This document shows, in pieces, positions 1-13,899 of a stretch of 64,000 bases of DNA; position 1 is the first letter of the stretch, and each line of letters opens with the position of its first letter. The DNA comes from Blasia pusilla (taxonomy: Eukaryota). The notes beneath the pieces are model-generated. The model ran no database searches and was not told the DNA's origin. It worked only from the letters and a program-made list of their open reading frames with translations. The stretch is from assembly GCA_050084515.1 (NCBI GenBank), contig CM114271.1, forward strand, positions 24,056,001 through 24,120,000, read 5' to 3'. The position numbers were made by a program, and so were the translations under genes.

Positions 1-2780
1 ACAACAGATTAGAAAGGAACCAAAACCGAGAATGTACACATCAAACCAGTACACTTTCAAGGTCTTTGATCCTCAGGCCACCTAATTTATGGCCCAACAA
101 AACGAATGTGTATGCAGAGAGGTAGGTGGGATCTGCCAGGCAATGCACAAGTTACAGGCCTCCTTTCAAACTCCCGAGTCTGAAAGAGAGTCTCTTTGAA
201 GAGTCATGTCTGTTAGAGAATTCAAGTTGCTAAGGTACCGAGTTCAATGGGGCACCAGTTGTGATATTCACAACCAACGCAGTAAGAGAGTTATCGCATC
301 AAAGGGAAACCAAAATGCCACCATTCATTATTTCTTGTGTCTCCTGAACCAACAGACCTCAAGAATTATGCCAGAGGGATCAGACTCTACGGAGGCAGAT
401 TAAAAATCCAAATTTAGGAGAACAGCTATTCAATTGAACCACAAAACAAATGGGAATCAAAAGACACCCAACTATTTGGCAATGGATATGAGACTTCCAG
501 TCCCTATCTTACCTACCCAAGTACTGCAAATACTTTTATTCCAGGTCCAATGACCCTCTTAGATCCCCGGGGGACAAAAATAAAGTCCTCTTCTTCCTAC
601 CTGGGCATTGAGGTGTTGAGGTGTATATTGGATTATTCCATGAGAATCTGCCCACATGAAAGTCCATGGTCTCATGTGTTCCTGAATTGCCATGATGTCA
701 ATTTTGAAGTATAGTGCTGGCCCTACATAAAGTCTTGCATCCTCACTGGTACATGGAGTGCCACATAGAGTTTTGCTCCCCTTAACCCTTTACATATGCT
801 TCCTGACAAACAGTTATTGATGGATGACATCTGAACTTAGAGTGGAACCACAATTACAACCTAGGAATTGACGAATACTTGCATACTGCCTCCCATCACA
901 ACCCTAACACTGATCCCATCTACAAGAAATCGGAAGGGCACAGGCAGTAGCAAAGTTTATTTATGAAATGACCAACAAACTGTCTGTGTGAAAAGGCTTC
1001 CTCTACGGCTTGCATGAACAGGGCCACAGAGATAGCTTTTGTCATTACAGTTCCTAGAGGAAAAAAAGATTTCTCACAGAAGCATGTTATTGATCAGGTC
1101 TTTGACAGGAAGCCTTCAGAGGAATTCTACTAGCTTTTTACTAGGCATTATGGATGGGCAGAGGCAAAAATGGTAGACAAACACCACTACTTGTCTAATA
1201 AAATCATTGAAAGTAGGCCTTTGATTCTAGATTAAAAGTTCTCCATCATAACCAAAGCTTGAATCAAAGGCACAGATATTTGTATATTCCCTCAGTTGAT
1301 GAGTCAACCAAGGGCTGATCTACTAAGGAAACGTGCAAAGGGTACCAAAAGGTCTCCCACTGCCTACTACACTGTTTGGAATTTACATCTTTACATTGGT
1401 GAGCTTGAAGATGTTGCTTCTGAGGTGGACAGGGAAGCACCAGAATTTGCTCGCAGGGTCCCCATTGCTACTGAATGTAGATGGCTTTGTCTTGACGTCA
1501 AAACCGCAACAAGTCTCCAACTCTACCTCGATAACTCTGGGAGTTGACAATAAATCGGGAATGGAAGTCAATCTGCAAAAAACAAAGGTAGTCATCTTTG
1601 GCTCTCAACTCAAAGCAACAAAGAAGATGTACACCTTCACAATTGGGAAGGCACTGAGGCCTGATGTAATTGAAATGGAGGGAGTGTACATCTACTAAGA
1701 AGTGGATATATCCCATGGTTTAGACTCAACAACCATTGGCATCCAATGGCAGTCACAATAAAGGTACCTCCTGACGTCAGATTGCAGGAGAATTGAAATG
1801 CGATGTGCACTCCAACTCTTCAATACTAAGTACAGACCAACTTTATGGCTCTGAAGTCTGGAGCCACAACTGTGTAACATGGTCAAAAGATTTGATGGGC
1901 CACAACAAACCTTTATGCAACAATGCCTCGGGCATAAGGAAAATGACATATCAGGATTTGGTACCAGGAAAGTTTAGGGAGGTCCAAAAGGAGATTCATG
2001 TTTGGAAAAGATTCGTCATATGATCAAGAACAGCAAACCTAAACACAAGTGTCCAAGAGCTCTAAAGCTTCCAGGGAGAGCACTCTTGCAAGTTCAAAAT
2101 GTAATACAATGACCACAAAGAATAGCTAGGCAATGTGGGTCCACCAATTGAGCTCCTGCCGAGATGTACTGGATCATTTCTAGCACTTCACAAAGTCCAC
2201 ATCTCTACAACGTGGGACACTCTACGAGAACGATACATTATAGGGAATCTGAAAGAGCCAAGGCAGTTAAGAAAAACTGAAATGAAACTACACCTTTGTG
2301 ACTGGTGAGATATCAACATACTGAGCTTTTTCTATGGCAGCCCCTATGCTTCCCAACGTGATACAGAGCTAGATTTATGAGTGCCTTCTTAGACTTTCGA
2401 GTATGAATGGAAAAGATAGAAACTGCACAAGCAACATTTTGGAGGATGAAAGGTGTTACCCTATCAAATGCAGATTCCCCAAGAGATTCAGAGGAGCCTT
2501 CTCTGAGTTCTCTCATATGGTGATTTCAAGTCTAGTAGGAACCAACTTCAAATTTTACTAATTTTCTTCCATGGTTCTGGGTGACAACTCTACCCTCCAT
2601 TGCTGCATTTGTCCAGGTCCAGATCTTGAAACCCTAGTATAGGTGTGCAAAATCTAGGCAGCATTATGTGGAGCAGAGACCCACATAGGATCTCTCTGGT
2701 TGAGCTCTGTCCTGTTCTGTTCATATTGTTGCAATACTTCCCAAACTCAAAGTCCCATGGCTAATTTTAGGTCCCCATGA
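1..2780 (+). mobile_element. Highly degraded non-LTR retrotransposon (RTEX-like LINE ORF2 remnant) inside an intron of the KMS1/VMP1 gene
   Basis: RT fragments PTTLFGIYI (~1363), KSGMEVNLQKTKVVIFG (1552-1600; the DNA matches 24251-24300 of the better LINE copy) and LYGSEVWS (~1841). A 3' motif aagtcccatggc..ggtccccatg at ~2750 is shared with the 3' end of the LINE at ~25486. The left boundary is not defined. Confidence 0.7.
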
Positions 2781-3605
2781 TCTGGCCTACCTACGGACAG
2801 CAGATATTTTAAACTCAAATCACAATTGATTTGTTCTCATGTTGCTGCTAGGGAGTGCATTGGCCCACAATGTAGTTTTATCGGAGTTTCCTGCAGGCCG
2901 TCAGAACTTCAGAGCTTGAAAGCTGCCTTCTACATTGAAGGGGCAGGGACTCGGGCAGCCATGCAAGCTATTTTGATATTGAATGGTCAGTGGAATTCGT
3001 ATTTTTCCACTCACAGCAAATTTAGACCAAAATGAGTAACTACACTCTAAATGCGGACCTGGTGACCTACTGAAACTGGAACAGTATTCCTACCTCTCCA
3101 CCCTATGTCAATCAGGACTGTTACAGTTCTTGCTCTGCAACACTCCGAAGTGATGGAGTAACATGCCACTGATATCAATTAGGTCTTCACCAACCCCTGC
3201 AGACCTTAAAAAGTAACATTACAGGAGAGTTTATACATCGTACTTGGCAACTTCCATACTTTCTCATCCTTCACCAACCCCTTTCATTAGTATCATTAAA
3301 TTAGGATACTGGATCTAGAGTGGATGTACAGGCACAATACAGTGGAGACCCTAAAGGCTTCAGAGTAGATAAGAATTTTCCACCATTACCGAAAAGTACA
3401 AGGGAGAAGATAGAGAGCGTAAACAATTTCTTTTCTTAAATAGAAGCTAATACACTTAGCATGATTAATCCATCACAAAGCGAATGTTCCTTGGTACTCC
3501 AGGAAGAAGGGAACTCAAATTAAATTAGCCATCAAAACAACCCCACAGTACATTGTTTGCCAGGAAGGACCATTATGATGAAGGAGGGATAGAGTTCCCA
3601 TTCAC

Positions 3606-6600
3606 CTGCACGTGACATAAAATATGGAGGAAGCTCTCCAAGAGCTGTGCCAACACCCCACAGGACAGCTTCCAGCTGTACTTGCAACAGAACAGTGTGA
3701 AGAGGTACCATAAATCGCTCTGACTGGGAAGCCAGAAGAGGATACACTGGAGGTCCTAGTTGTGAGCAATCCTTTAAAACCCACGAGGATGCAAGACCCC
3801 ACTGGGGTGTGTCATAAGGAGCAGATTTGAAGTCAACCCTCCCACACTGTGTTGCTCGCATTGTAAACATTGCAACATGTGGTCCCAAGTACAAAAGAAA
3901 AGTATGCAGACCAGAACCTGCCAGGTATCACAACACAACGAAGTAAAATGTTTCCACATCAGTATCAAGGAAAGTTTCATCTTTAACAGCATCGATGAAT
4001 AAAGATGGACTGTGATTCAAACATTGCAATCAACCTCCTAATAAAACTGGGGATTGGCAGTATACGTGAGATTCTGAAACTACACCCTCCAATTTCTACA
4101 TCTGAATACCAAAACAACCCCTGCCTCAGTGAGGACAGATACATTTCCCCATTCACCATATGCAGCAGTGACACTTTGCTCTGTTTTACACTGCGAGGAC
4201 ATCAATGACTCTAGAGCTCACAATGCTTCACTAAAAGAACCACAGTAGCAAGTTAGGGAGAAGTCAATGAATCCACAACTTTTACTACTCAATTGCAGGA
4301 CAAACTCGGAATGGCAGATACACACCTAAGCCAATTGACGACAACACCCCAAGAGCAATCCACCACACCACATATCGTGCCCATGCCAATGCCTCCTTCA
4401 TGTACTGCTCCACCCACAAATACCGCCGACAAAATAAGTTACAGAACCACTTCAAAAATTCGACTCTCGAAGAATGAACATCATCAGGCAGTGCTGGGTA
4501 ACAGGCAAGCCAAAACCTTTCAAAGTGAGCAGAAAAGCCATGAAAAGGTGTTTCATACAGAGAGAACATCTCGCACAGGCAAAGATTGCAAGACCTCTCA
4601 CTTCACAATAGATAGAGACACGACATGAAAATCTCTTTGAGACCGGAAATGACGAGCTTTTCAGGCACATCAATGGAGGGACAAGAAGTGATGAACTGAA
4701 AAGGAAAAGGGAACTCAATCAGTTCACAAATCCAGTTCACAAATCTACTCTACCCCAGCTCAAGGAAAGGGCCCCACAACCAGAAACAAAGCAGGCTGGT
4801 GAATATCAATTTGGGCTGTCCAAAGATTCTAATGCGAGAAGTCTTGCATCTCAAAGTCCATTGCAATCGAAGTTTTCCTGTTGCACAGATCTTTGATTTT
4901 ACTCCCTTGAAGCCTGACATAGTCGTATCGGGAGAAGAAGGGTTACAGTATTGACACCTAGAAGGGAAGTGATGGTAAAAAGCAGTTTTGTGATGTTAAC
5001 TGGCTCAAACCCAACTTTTGGAGTGGTTCCACCGTAGACGATAACTGCAAGTCATCGGGTACTGAGGGCTCTTGTCACACCCACATGGTGACTGATTGAT
5101 TACACCAAGGCACCATTCCAAAACGATCCATGCAAACCCTCCACACATAAATCACCTAGAACCCCCTCTTCAATGTACTCTCGCTTCTTATAACATCTTC
5201 TCTTTCTATGTCAGAGTATGTACTGAATGCAAAGGTTATTGATACATGGCGTCCATATCAATGACCATATGTGTATACTGTTATCATGTTCATTTCAAAT
5301 TAAGAAACAGCCGACAAGTTCAAGGGTACTTACTAGAATTAGAGTTCACAAATCAAGCTGAAAGATTCAACCATGACATGAATTGTGATCTATTTCTGTA
5401 AAGTAACAACAAAAGGTACAGTTTGCATTTGAATAAGACTTCAGTCCATTACCACACAGGCCCAGGCCATTGGGAGAAGTGTCAAACAGCCAGAAAACTG
5501 GAATCAAGAACAAAATATAGAAGCAGGTAGACAACATAGGGAATAAATGGACATCTTGCACAAACTAGTTAGCACACATCTCTACCGAGGATGCATCTAC
5601 ATGGAAAACAAAAGTCCAGGTCAGTAAATTCGGTAAAGAACGAACATTACTCAGAATTAAAAAGTGCATTACCCATGGACTCTTTCTCTTAGTTCGGTCC
5701 TCTTACTTCCTTTCTCAAGGACACCAATTGGTTTCTTTGTTAATACAAGTGCTTTGTGAGAGTATGGAGAGTCACACCCAATGGACGAGCAAAGGCGGAA
5801 GTGTACTGCACCAGCTTATGCGGACCATCAACCACATAGAGAGTGGTCCCGACCGTGATGCAGAAGAAGGCAATCAAGGAGAATGGCAATCGATGGGCAC
5901 TGGCATGCCTCCATAGACGCCCCACTTGCTGAAACACAGCTATTGTGAAATATTTTAGTGTTGCCAACGGGCGTTTCGTCACCGCGAGACTCTCCAGCTC
6001 CCGCACATGCTCTTTCTTCAATCCTGAAAGCCCACAGAACCATCCAAAGCACATTTCGAATCAATACAGAAGGCCCTACCATATGGCTGCACAAACGCTT
6101 ACAACTCTGGCACAGTTTCGTGTGTTCACAGGTGAAATCAGCCTTAACGTCTCGTGTTATGGTATCTCCAAATGGCTAGCCTTTCTTCTATGTAACGCCC
6201 GCGATTATCGTGTCTCTGCTGCGTAGGACTGAGAACGACGCGACTGGGCAGCATAGCTAGGAAAATTTCTGAAGTTAGAGGAGCAGGGCCAGTTTCAGAG
6301 GGGTTCACATAAAAAGGTCGAGCGTCGTCCCTTATGATCCCCAAAAAGGTGTCAGACAAAAGAGCCATTGTAAAGATCAAAGCCGAGGAATCCATCATAT
6401 CGTGGGACCGTTAATTTTACTTTCTTTCACTTCAGGACTCCTCGAGTGACTGGAGACCGAAGTACACATCTTCGAGCGGAATCGAGATTCTGTGAATGGA
6501 AACCCGGCTTGTCTCTTCCGTCCATGAAGACCTAAGACAAGTTCCCGATCAATAACCTGCATCCCAGAATCTCTATCTGTAGCACGACACAAGACCGGGC

Positions 6601-7128
6601 AAGGGCTTCCTCGACTCCGTGACTTTCACATTACCGTGTCCCAAGTAAACCCATGAGATATTGAACTGGAAGCACGTACCGAATACCTGTCATCCATCTA
6701 TCGTGACACTTCCAGACACGGCGACACTCAGTATAAGACGAGGGAAGATCGAAAATCCAAAGTTGGTCCAACCAAAGAGAAGAAGGGACAAGTCCAAGAA
6801 CCGTAGATTGTGCAGCAAATTACGATGTCATACGAACTAACTGCAGAGCTCTGGGCCTCAGACTTCGAAGATCCAGAAGGAACCGGGATGATTCGCTCAT
6901 ATAGAGTCAGAACTATCCAAGCGAATCACTGATCGGCCATCTCTACCGGAATCTGTGACGTTCATCGACAGTAATCTGTATGAATTTCGAGCACCACAAC
7001 ATCAAATGCACTGCACCCTAGGTTGATATCCAAAAACTAAGGCTCAAGAAGAGTAACAAGAGCATACTTCTGATCTGACTGTCCACCGTCAATTGCTCTG
7101 ACGTGGCGGCAGCAACGCTCGTATCCAT
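3606..7128 (-). CDS. KMS1: Vacuole membrane protein KMS1/VMP1 homolog, 5' four coding exons: 7068-7128, 5812-6023, 4326-4404, 3606-3917. The remaining exons lie left of the window
   Basis: GT-AG introns with consistent phases splice to MDTSVAAATSEQLTVDSQIRRLKKEHVRELESLAVTKRPLATLKYF...DGPHKL-YMKEALAWARYVVWWIALGVLSSIGLG-SGLHTFLLYLGPHVAMFTMRATQCGRVDFKSAPYDT...EAVLWGVGTALGELPPYFMSRA. This contains the VMP1 signatures SSIGLGSGLHTF and WGxGTALGELPPYF. Confidence 0.93.
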
Positions 7129-8029
7129 GTTAGGAAAGACCAATCAGTAACGTCCCCTCCAAAAGTCAGCAACAAAGCCGGAAGGTCTCAAGATCACTCG
7201 CGCATTGTACGTTATTTCGGAGCTTCGCATATAATCCGATGTGAGGAGCGTCCAGGAAAATACGACGGGAAATCAGGGTGGCCGGTACCCGAGAAAAATA
7301 CACAAAAAGGTCACGAAAATGATAGGGGAAATGAACAAAGAAGTCAATCCCTAAACGCTGCAGAGTGGTTCAAAGGGCAGAACTGCCGTCCAATTCGCCA
7401 ATTCTTCCGAGATCAATTGAGCAAATCTGGAAGATCGGCCAAGAATAAGTCGATTCATACAAGTACAGAGATTGACAGCGAGGGCGGGAAAAGGTCAACC
7501 AGATCTAACTAGCACAGAAAATTTCGAATTACGAGTCTCGGGAGGCCATGGTCGATGCGAATTCGGAATGGACGGGGCGAGATGATATAAATTAGGGTTC
7601 GACTTCTTCAGAGACCACCCGAGTGCTCAGCTTTCGTGGTAGGCAAGACGTGTGGGTTCGAAAGAAGGACGAAGAAAGGAATGAACGATGGATGGCCAAC
7701 CACACGACTAAACTCCGCCTGACTCCGCACTGACGACCACAACGCGGAGTACGGCGGACGGCATTACAAAACCCCGCACATCAGCACACCCGCCCTTCCT
7801 TCCAAAGGGATCCTAGCACGGAACCACTACTCCTACTCCTTTCGCTGCACACAAACAACCAACGACTTTCCGTGCCAATAGCTATCTCTCCATGACCCCT
7901 CCGTCCCCACTCTCCGAATCCTCCTCCTAAACCGCGTTCCACGTCCGGGCCCACCCCCGCCTCTCACAAAAGCTCACATCAACACTTAACTGTGCATACT
8001 CCACCTCCTCATTTTGTCGTGCAAATGCA

Positions 8030-8049
8030 CTCTCTCTCTCTCTCTCTCT
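8030..8049. repeat. (CT)n microsatellite upstream of KMS1
   Basis: About 10 CT units seen directly. Confidence 0.85.
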
Positions 8050-11000
8050 GTCCGTCTTCTACATGTGTGCATGAACACAGTCCAAAGTGCACTCACTCCA
8101 GTGCGCCCCATTACGTGCGGTAAAGCGGCACCGCTTTACCGCTTTACCGCGCCGCGAACAGCTCCGGCGGACAGTAGTTGTAGTTTGTAGTAGTGTAGCT
8201 CGCCTGAGAACGACGGGCGAGGCGATGTCCGCGGCGGCGACCGTCCGAGCCGGTCTCCGTCGACGGCTCTCCGCCCCGGCCAGCCAGCCGGGAACCGGGA
8301 CTCTTCATCGCCGTCGATGGGAATACCGGTGCGCGGGGAATAGGTGCCGAGAGGAGCTGACGGAACTCTTGGTTGGCGTCTCGAATGGCGACTGGTATAC
8401 TTCGGGAATTCTTTTTCTCACATCAGGGCTTCATAGTCCCTAGCTTTTCTCCATGCGGGTTCACATTTCTTAGTTTCCTATTTATTCATTTTTTAAATTA
8501 ATCATACGAAAGCTATAGCGTGTATGCTATGGGGGATTAAAAAAATCAGGGGAATCTTAAATGGAGAAAATTCATAATTCCCTTTAATAATTCAGGTTTT
8601 AATATTACTCTCCTTACCAATCACGATTCTTATGGTAATCATGATTATTATTTTTAAATACAAAAGATTCCTCTTCCAATTTATATTATTATTTGAGAAT
8701 TCCATTTTGCTAACTCCTTTCCGCTTGACACTTGGGAAATTTGGCCAACAGAAATTTTTAGAATTGATTTAAAATTGAACTTCTAACTTTTGAAAACTAA
8801 TCATGAAAATTAGCTTACATTAGCCCCCCTAGAACGCACTAGATGGACATTAGAATGACTACTTTGTGGCATATGCGTAACCCACTTTGAAAAACCCCAA
8901 AGTGGAGATTATCTCTTTTATTATTGCGCGTCTAGGGTATTGTGAGTGCCAGAACTCGCTATGATGTTCTCCATATGATTCTTTTCTTTTCCTCCCACGT
9001 TACTTTCTTTTCTATGCGCATGCACTAGGCCACTCCCATACAATCCTTATGGTTCGAAAACAATTTGGGTGAAGAAAAATTATAGCAAATCAACCCCCAC
9101 TAATTGAGATTGAAATCCATAGTATTATTGGAGAGTGTGTTCTTGATTTGCAAACACCTCTTTGGTTGACATGTGGCAACCAGGCAGCAAGAAAATGATT
9201 TCCCTTCACTCCTCTGCATGACAACAGCTGCCCACTAGTCTCGATATATTTCAAGGCTACCATTATGACATATCGGCATGGAATTGGACCATCTTTGATT
9301 ATAGTCTCTATAGGCATAGCATGTCCTTAGTATTATCAATTAGGAGATAATGGATTTCGTGCTTGTTTATGTTTCTCTCTCCCTTATGGGTCCCTTGTGA
9401 TAGCAAAGAAAATAAGCTCTATGGAACCCACCTACCTTTAATTATAATATAGTCGAAAACTACTTATGATTGGTAGGATTATGATAAGACCAAAATTCTA
9501 ATACATCTCGAGCCTATGGGAAGCTTCAAAAGAAGAGAAGGGTACTTATATGGTGAGATTTACAGACATCTCTCCTTAGACTTTGAAGAAAAATAGGCCA
9601 CTTACTCAGGGCCAAAATAATTGAACCGTTTGTATGTCCCAATTTCACTGCAGATGTTGCACACAATTTGAATGGATCGACCATTTTAACTTGCTATTTA
9701 ACATGCCCCAAGTTAAAACTTACAACTTAAGAACCTTAATGGCAAGGCATTAAGTATTAAAAAATGCTTATTGTTGTAAGAGGATGCTTTTCTAGTTGCA
9801 ACCATATTATTTACCTGGCAAAAGGCCTAGTACAATTAGTAGTTGTAAATGGCTTCCCTCATCAATGAACATCCATGAGGGCTAAAGGAAGGAGCTTCAA
9901 GTTGTCACACCCATAATTCAAGTCATCAACATGAATGATGAATAAACATCCATGACATGTTTTTCATAAAGTATTTGAAGGACGTTTTTTCTTATAACCA
10001 CAAAGAGGTGCTTTGGATTGGCTCATATGTTTTCCATATATGTATATATTATGAGAAAATTTGGTCATGTCCATTTATAGTCTTGTTCTTGGATATGGAC
10101 CCATGACCATAACAATAAGGCTATTTTTTTAAAAACGTTTCTCAATAAACTTCTATAAATGCGGACCACACAAATCTTGTGAAAACTTGGAGGTATTAGG
10201 CATCTACATATGCTATGATTGAAGGAAGCATAAGAGTGTAGAAAGAGTGTCTAAAACAAATGAGACTTTATCTCAAAAGTAAAGAATGGTGTGTTCCCTT
10301 CTATTTCAGGACTGAGTATATTTTAAAATTATTTCTTAATGGTTGAGTTTTTTTCAACAAATGGATGTAGAGTTCTTTGAGAAGGAAAAGGTGTCAAACA
10401 AACCAAAAAATAAATAAGTGATTATGGGAAAATAGTGGGATCCTTACTACTATTCTTCAAGAAAAATATTCCAAGAGACATATGAGTATTAGGATCAATT
10501 TCTTCCAAGAAACGGATCAGAAAACATGATTTAAAACACCAAACAAGATTAGGAAAATGAACAAGGTGCCCATACAAAGAAAAAACATATTAAAGCATAT
10601 TCTACATAGAGCCACATAATTGATGTGACAAGGATTAGAAAGGTTTTAGGAAATTAAGATTTGAGGAAAGAAAATTTGGTGAACTCATGAATAAGGATAG
10701 TAGGGCCACTCAAAGATCAACCACATAATAAATTGGTTGTCCTTATATGTAAGGGCCACAACTATTGCCATGCCATGGGTGGCAATAGGTGGCGCATGGC
10801 TCGTCCTATGTATCGTTAACTATTATGAATGTAAATGGACTTTGTGACCACCTGTCATATCCCCAACATTGAATTTATCACCTTCCTAAGTTGCCACTTT
10901 CTTGTAAGGTAAATAAAAATACAAGACCCTCACTTTCAAAAAAAAAAAAAAAAACTACAAGACCTTCACTTTAAAGATTTTGAAAAAAACTTGACGTACA

Positions 11001-11149
11001 AAAAATTCCTTCATGAGGAGGCTCCTTACTCCAAGGAATCACGAAATGTATTATGGGGATGGTGTACCTATTGAATTCACAACTTTGTACAAACTAGAAA
11101 AGACCCAATTATTTCTCCCACTAATTCTCTCCCAATTTCATACCTATGT

Positions 11150-11475
11150 CTCACTTTCTCGAGCTCTCCAAACTTTATTGACAAACAATTCAAACCTCTT
11201 TTCTCTCCCACAAGTCTCAAGAAGGGGCTTTCCTTCTTTGCCTAGAAGGAAAGCCCCTCGTCTCTCCCACAAACTCTCTCACACAAGTCTCAAACTCTCC
11301 AAACTTTCTTCACAAAAATGGACAACCTCTTTTCTCTCCTACAATCTCTCTCACGATTCCACACAAAGTCTCAAACTCTCCAAACTTTCTTGGCAAAGAA
11401 GGAAAGCACCTCTTCTCTCCCACAAACTCTCTAACGATTCCACTTATGTCTCTAATTCGCGAGCTCTCTAAACTC
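11150..11475. repeat. Degenerate internal direct repeats (CT-rich), probably a TE subterminal region
   Basis: aagtctcaaactctccaaactttct at ~11286 and ~11366; aaggaaagc.cctc.tctctcccacaaactctct at ~11246 and ~11399. Confidence 0.6.
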
Positions 11476-13899
11476 GGTTGAATTCGTTCTCCACAACGGG
11501 TGGTTTTCCACACATCTTCACAAATAACTGAATAAAAAAATAAATAAAGAAGAAACGAAGCACCCTAAATCCAAGCAACCCCAACCGAACGGAACGGAAC
11601 ATTCCGAAAGACGTTTTCTTCCGTGGGATGAGGAGAAGAAGGAAGGAAGGACGTGGATTCCCCGGCCCTCAAGCGGACCGAACTGGACACGTGCCCTGAG
11701 CGGACTCGCGCGGCGGACACACGAACGCGTTTACCGCTCATAGAGGGAGTGGACGCCACCGACTTTTCCGCGAATATTCCATTCCATGTGGTCGAGGCCT
11801 TGAGACACTCCGCCGCCCCGCCCGTTAACGACTCGACCCGACCCACAATGGCCGATTCCGCCACAACCCTAAACGTCACTTATTCGGATAAGTCGGTCGT
11901 TATGCCTTCACTTTCAACTACCCCATCTTTTGTCGCGCTCCTCTCTTGTTCTTCATCCCATCCACTAAAAAGTGTGTGTTAGAGGGGTGGGAGGCGCGAA
12001 TAGTCTAGATGGCGAGAAGTTGTATCTATTCCTTCTTCGTCAGGGGGGATGATGTGGTATGTTACGGCATATAGTTGGGGCGGATTGTTTTTGATGATAT
12101 CCCATAGTTGCTGCTGGCGGTGGATGGATGCCATTGCCATATATGGATTTATGATGAAGAAACACTCTTTGGCCCTAACTTAGTTTGACATGATTGATGA
12201 ATTAGATGGGAGAGGTATCATAATAAGAGGTCACCAAAGGGGATATTTGTTATCGAAAATCATATATCATGGACGGAAGAAACAATAATATGATTAAAGT
12301 AATCCCGATCTCATAAGGGGTGAGTTTGGTGATGAGAGTAGAGACTTTTCTCAAAGATAAATCCCTCTTTCCGTCCATGCCCTCAATTATGGGACTAGAA
12401 CTCATTCCGTCCACCCCACGATCGTGACGGAAATGAGTGGCACTATTAGGACGGTTTAAGGGACTCCTTAGGAAACACCAGGGCAGTTCAACCAAATGGG
12501 GTGCTAGTTGAAGTGAAGCCTTGGGAGAAAAGAGGTTTAAAAAACAAATCTATTTCCGTGATAGAAAGAAGGCCACTTGTTAGCCTTTTTAAAGGGATAT
12601 AAGTCGCTTGGGTGGTTTGAACAACCCCCAATAATACCAGCCAAAGAAGCCGTATTTTTCACAAGGAACAACTTTAAAGCCGCATTTTTGACCCTCCACT
12701 CTCCACATAAAACACACAATTGTGTACTATGCACCAATAAAAATATTTTGGCAAAATCTTCATCTGACCGAATAGTATTTTTCCATGAGTCAACCAAAGT
12801 CAACTCTAAAGCTCTTGCTAAGGAAGCAAGAAGTTATTAAAAATTCGAACAAGTCGGAGTTTTTAAAAAAACTAAAAAAGAATTTTAGAGGGGTTTAACC
12901 TAATGGACCCCTTTGAAAAGATTTTTGTAAAATGCTGCCTTTGGTAGAGAAGACACTTGCTTAGCATTAAAAACCTCTCCTTAACTCTTAATCGGGAGGA
13001 CCATCTAGCTAATTTCTCATATTACTGAAATCTTTTTCTATTTGAAATAACACGTCGCTCAACTTGATGTCTGCCCAATATAATGAGATAAATAGACTTA
13101 ACATGTGAATGTGAGAAAAACGCTTAATAAAAAAGTTTGATTATTAACTCCATTCACTTTTGGCTCAGAAATACAAAAAGTGTGGTGAAATTTATTACTA
13201 TGGGGTACAACCTCAAACTTCTTGACATGACATAGCTGCATTTTTGGGGATTTTTTCGTAAAGCTTTCATGAAAGGCCATAATTTATTTATACCTTTAAT
13301 CTTCCCACCGCCCCCAAACCAAAATTCATGTTGTCGTGATCTCCATTAAAGCCAGCGAAATAACAAAAGTCCTCCAAAAGAAAACAAGGATTTAAAACAT
13401 CACCTTCCTTCCTCCATAATCAAAGAAGCCCTTCTATCTCTACGAGTGCACCATAAAAGGCAGGTGCATTTCAATCTTTCAAATTCTCCGCTTTAAATAA
13501 AGCGGAAAATTTTCATAATATTATATTATTTACAAGAAATAAAATAAAATGCTTCCTATCCATTTGAAGAAAAAAAAAAGAGGTGTAGTTCAGGATATGT
13601 GGCACATGGTGGGAATATTACTATGGCTAAAGTGAATTGAAGGAGTGTCATCTTGTTGTGGATGTTGGAGTAGCTATGCATATGGCATTTCTCGTAATTC
13701 TCATCCTCCTTTTTATACAACTTTCTTTATTGTAGATGGGAAAAACAACATTCTAGGTAAACAAGGAAGGAAGATAGAAAAATAATGGAAATATCAAAGA
13801 TTCATAGAAGTTAACACACTTTGTAGATATGGAAGAAGGGAAAATTTCCTATGAAATTAGTATTGTTTACATATATGGGATGCTCATAACATGGATCGA

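Noticed and set aside
2313-2516. Next KMS1 exon
   Set aside because: It does not match the expected VMP1 continuation and overlaps the antisense strand of the LINE remnant.
8087-8443. 118-aa ORF
   Set aside because: GC-rich, GTG start, no recognisable homology; likely upstream regulatory or TE sequence.
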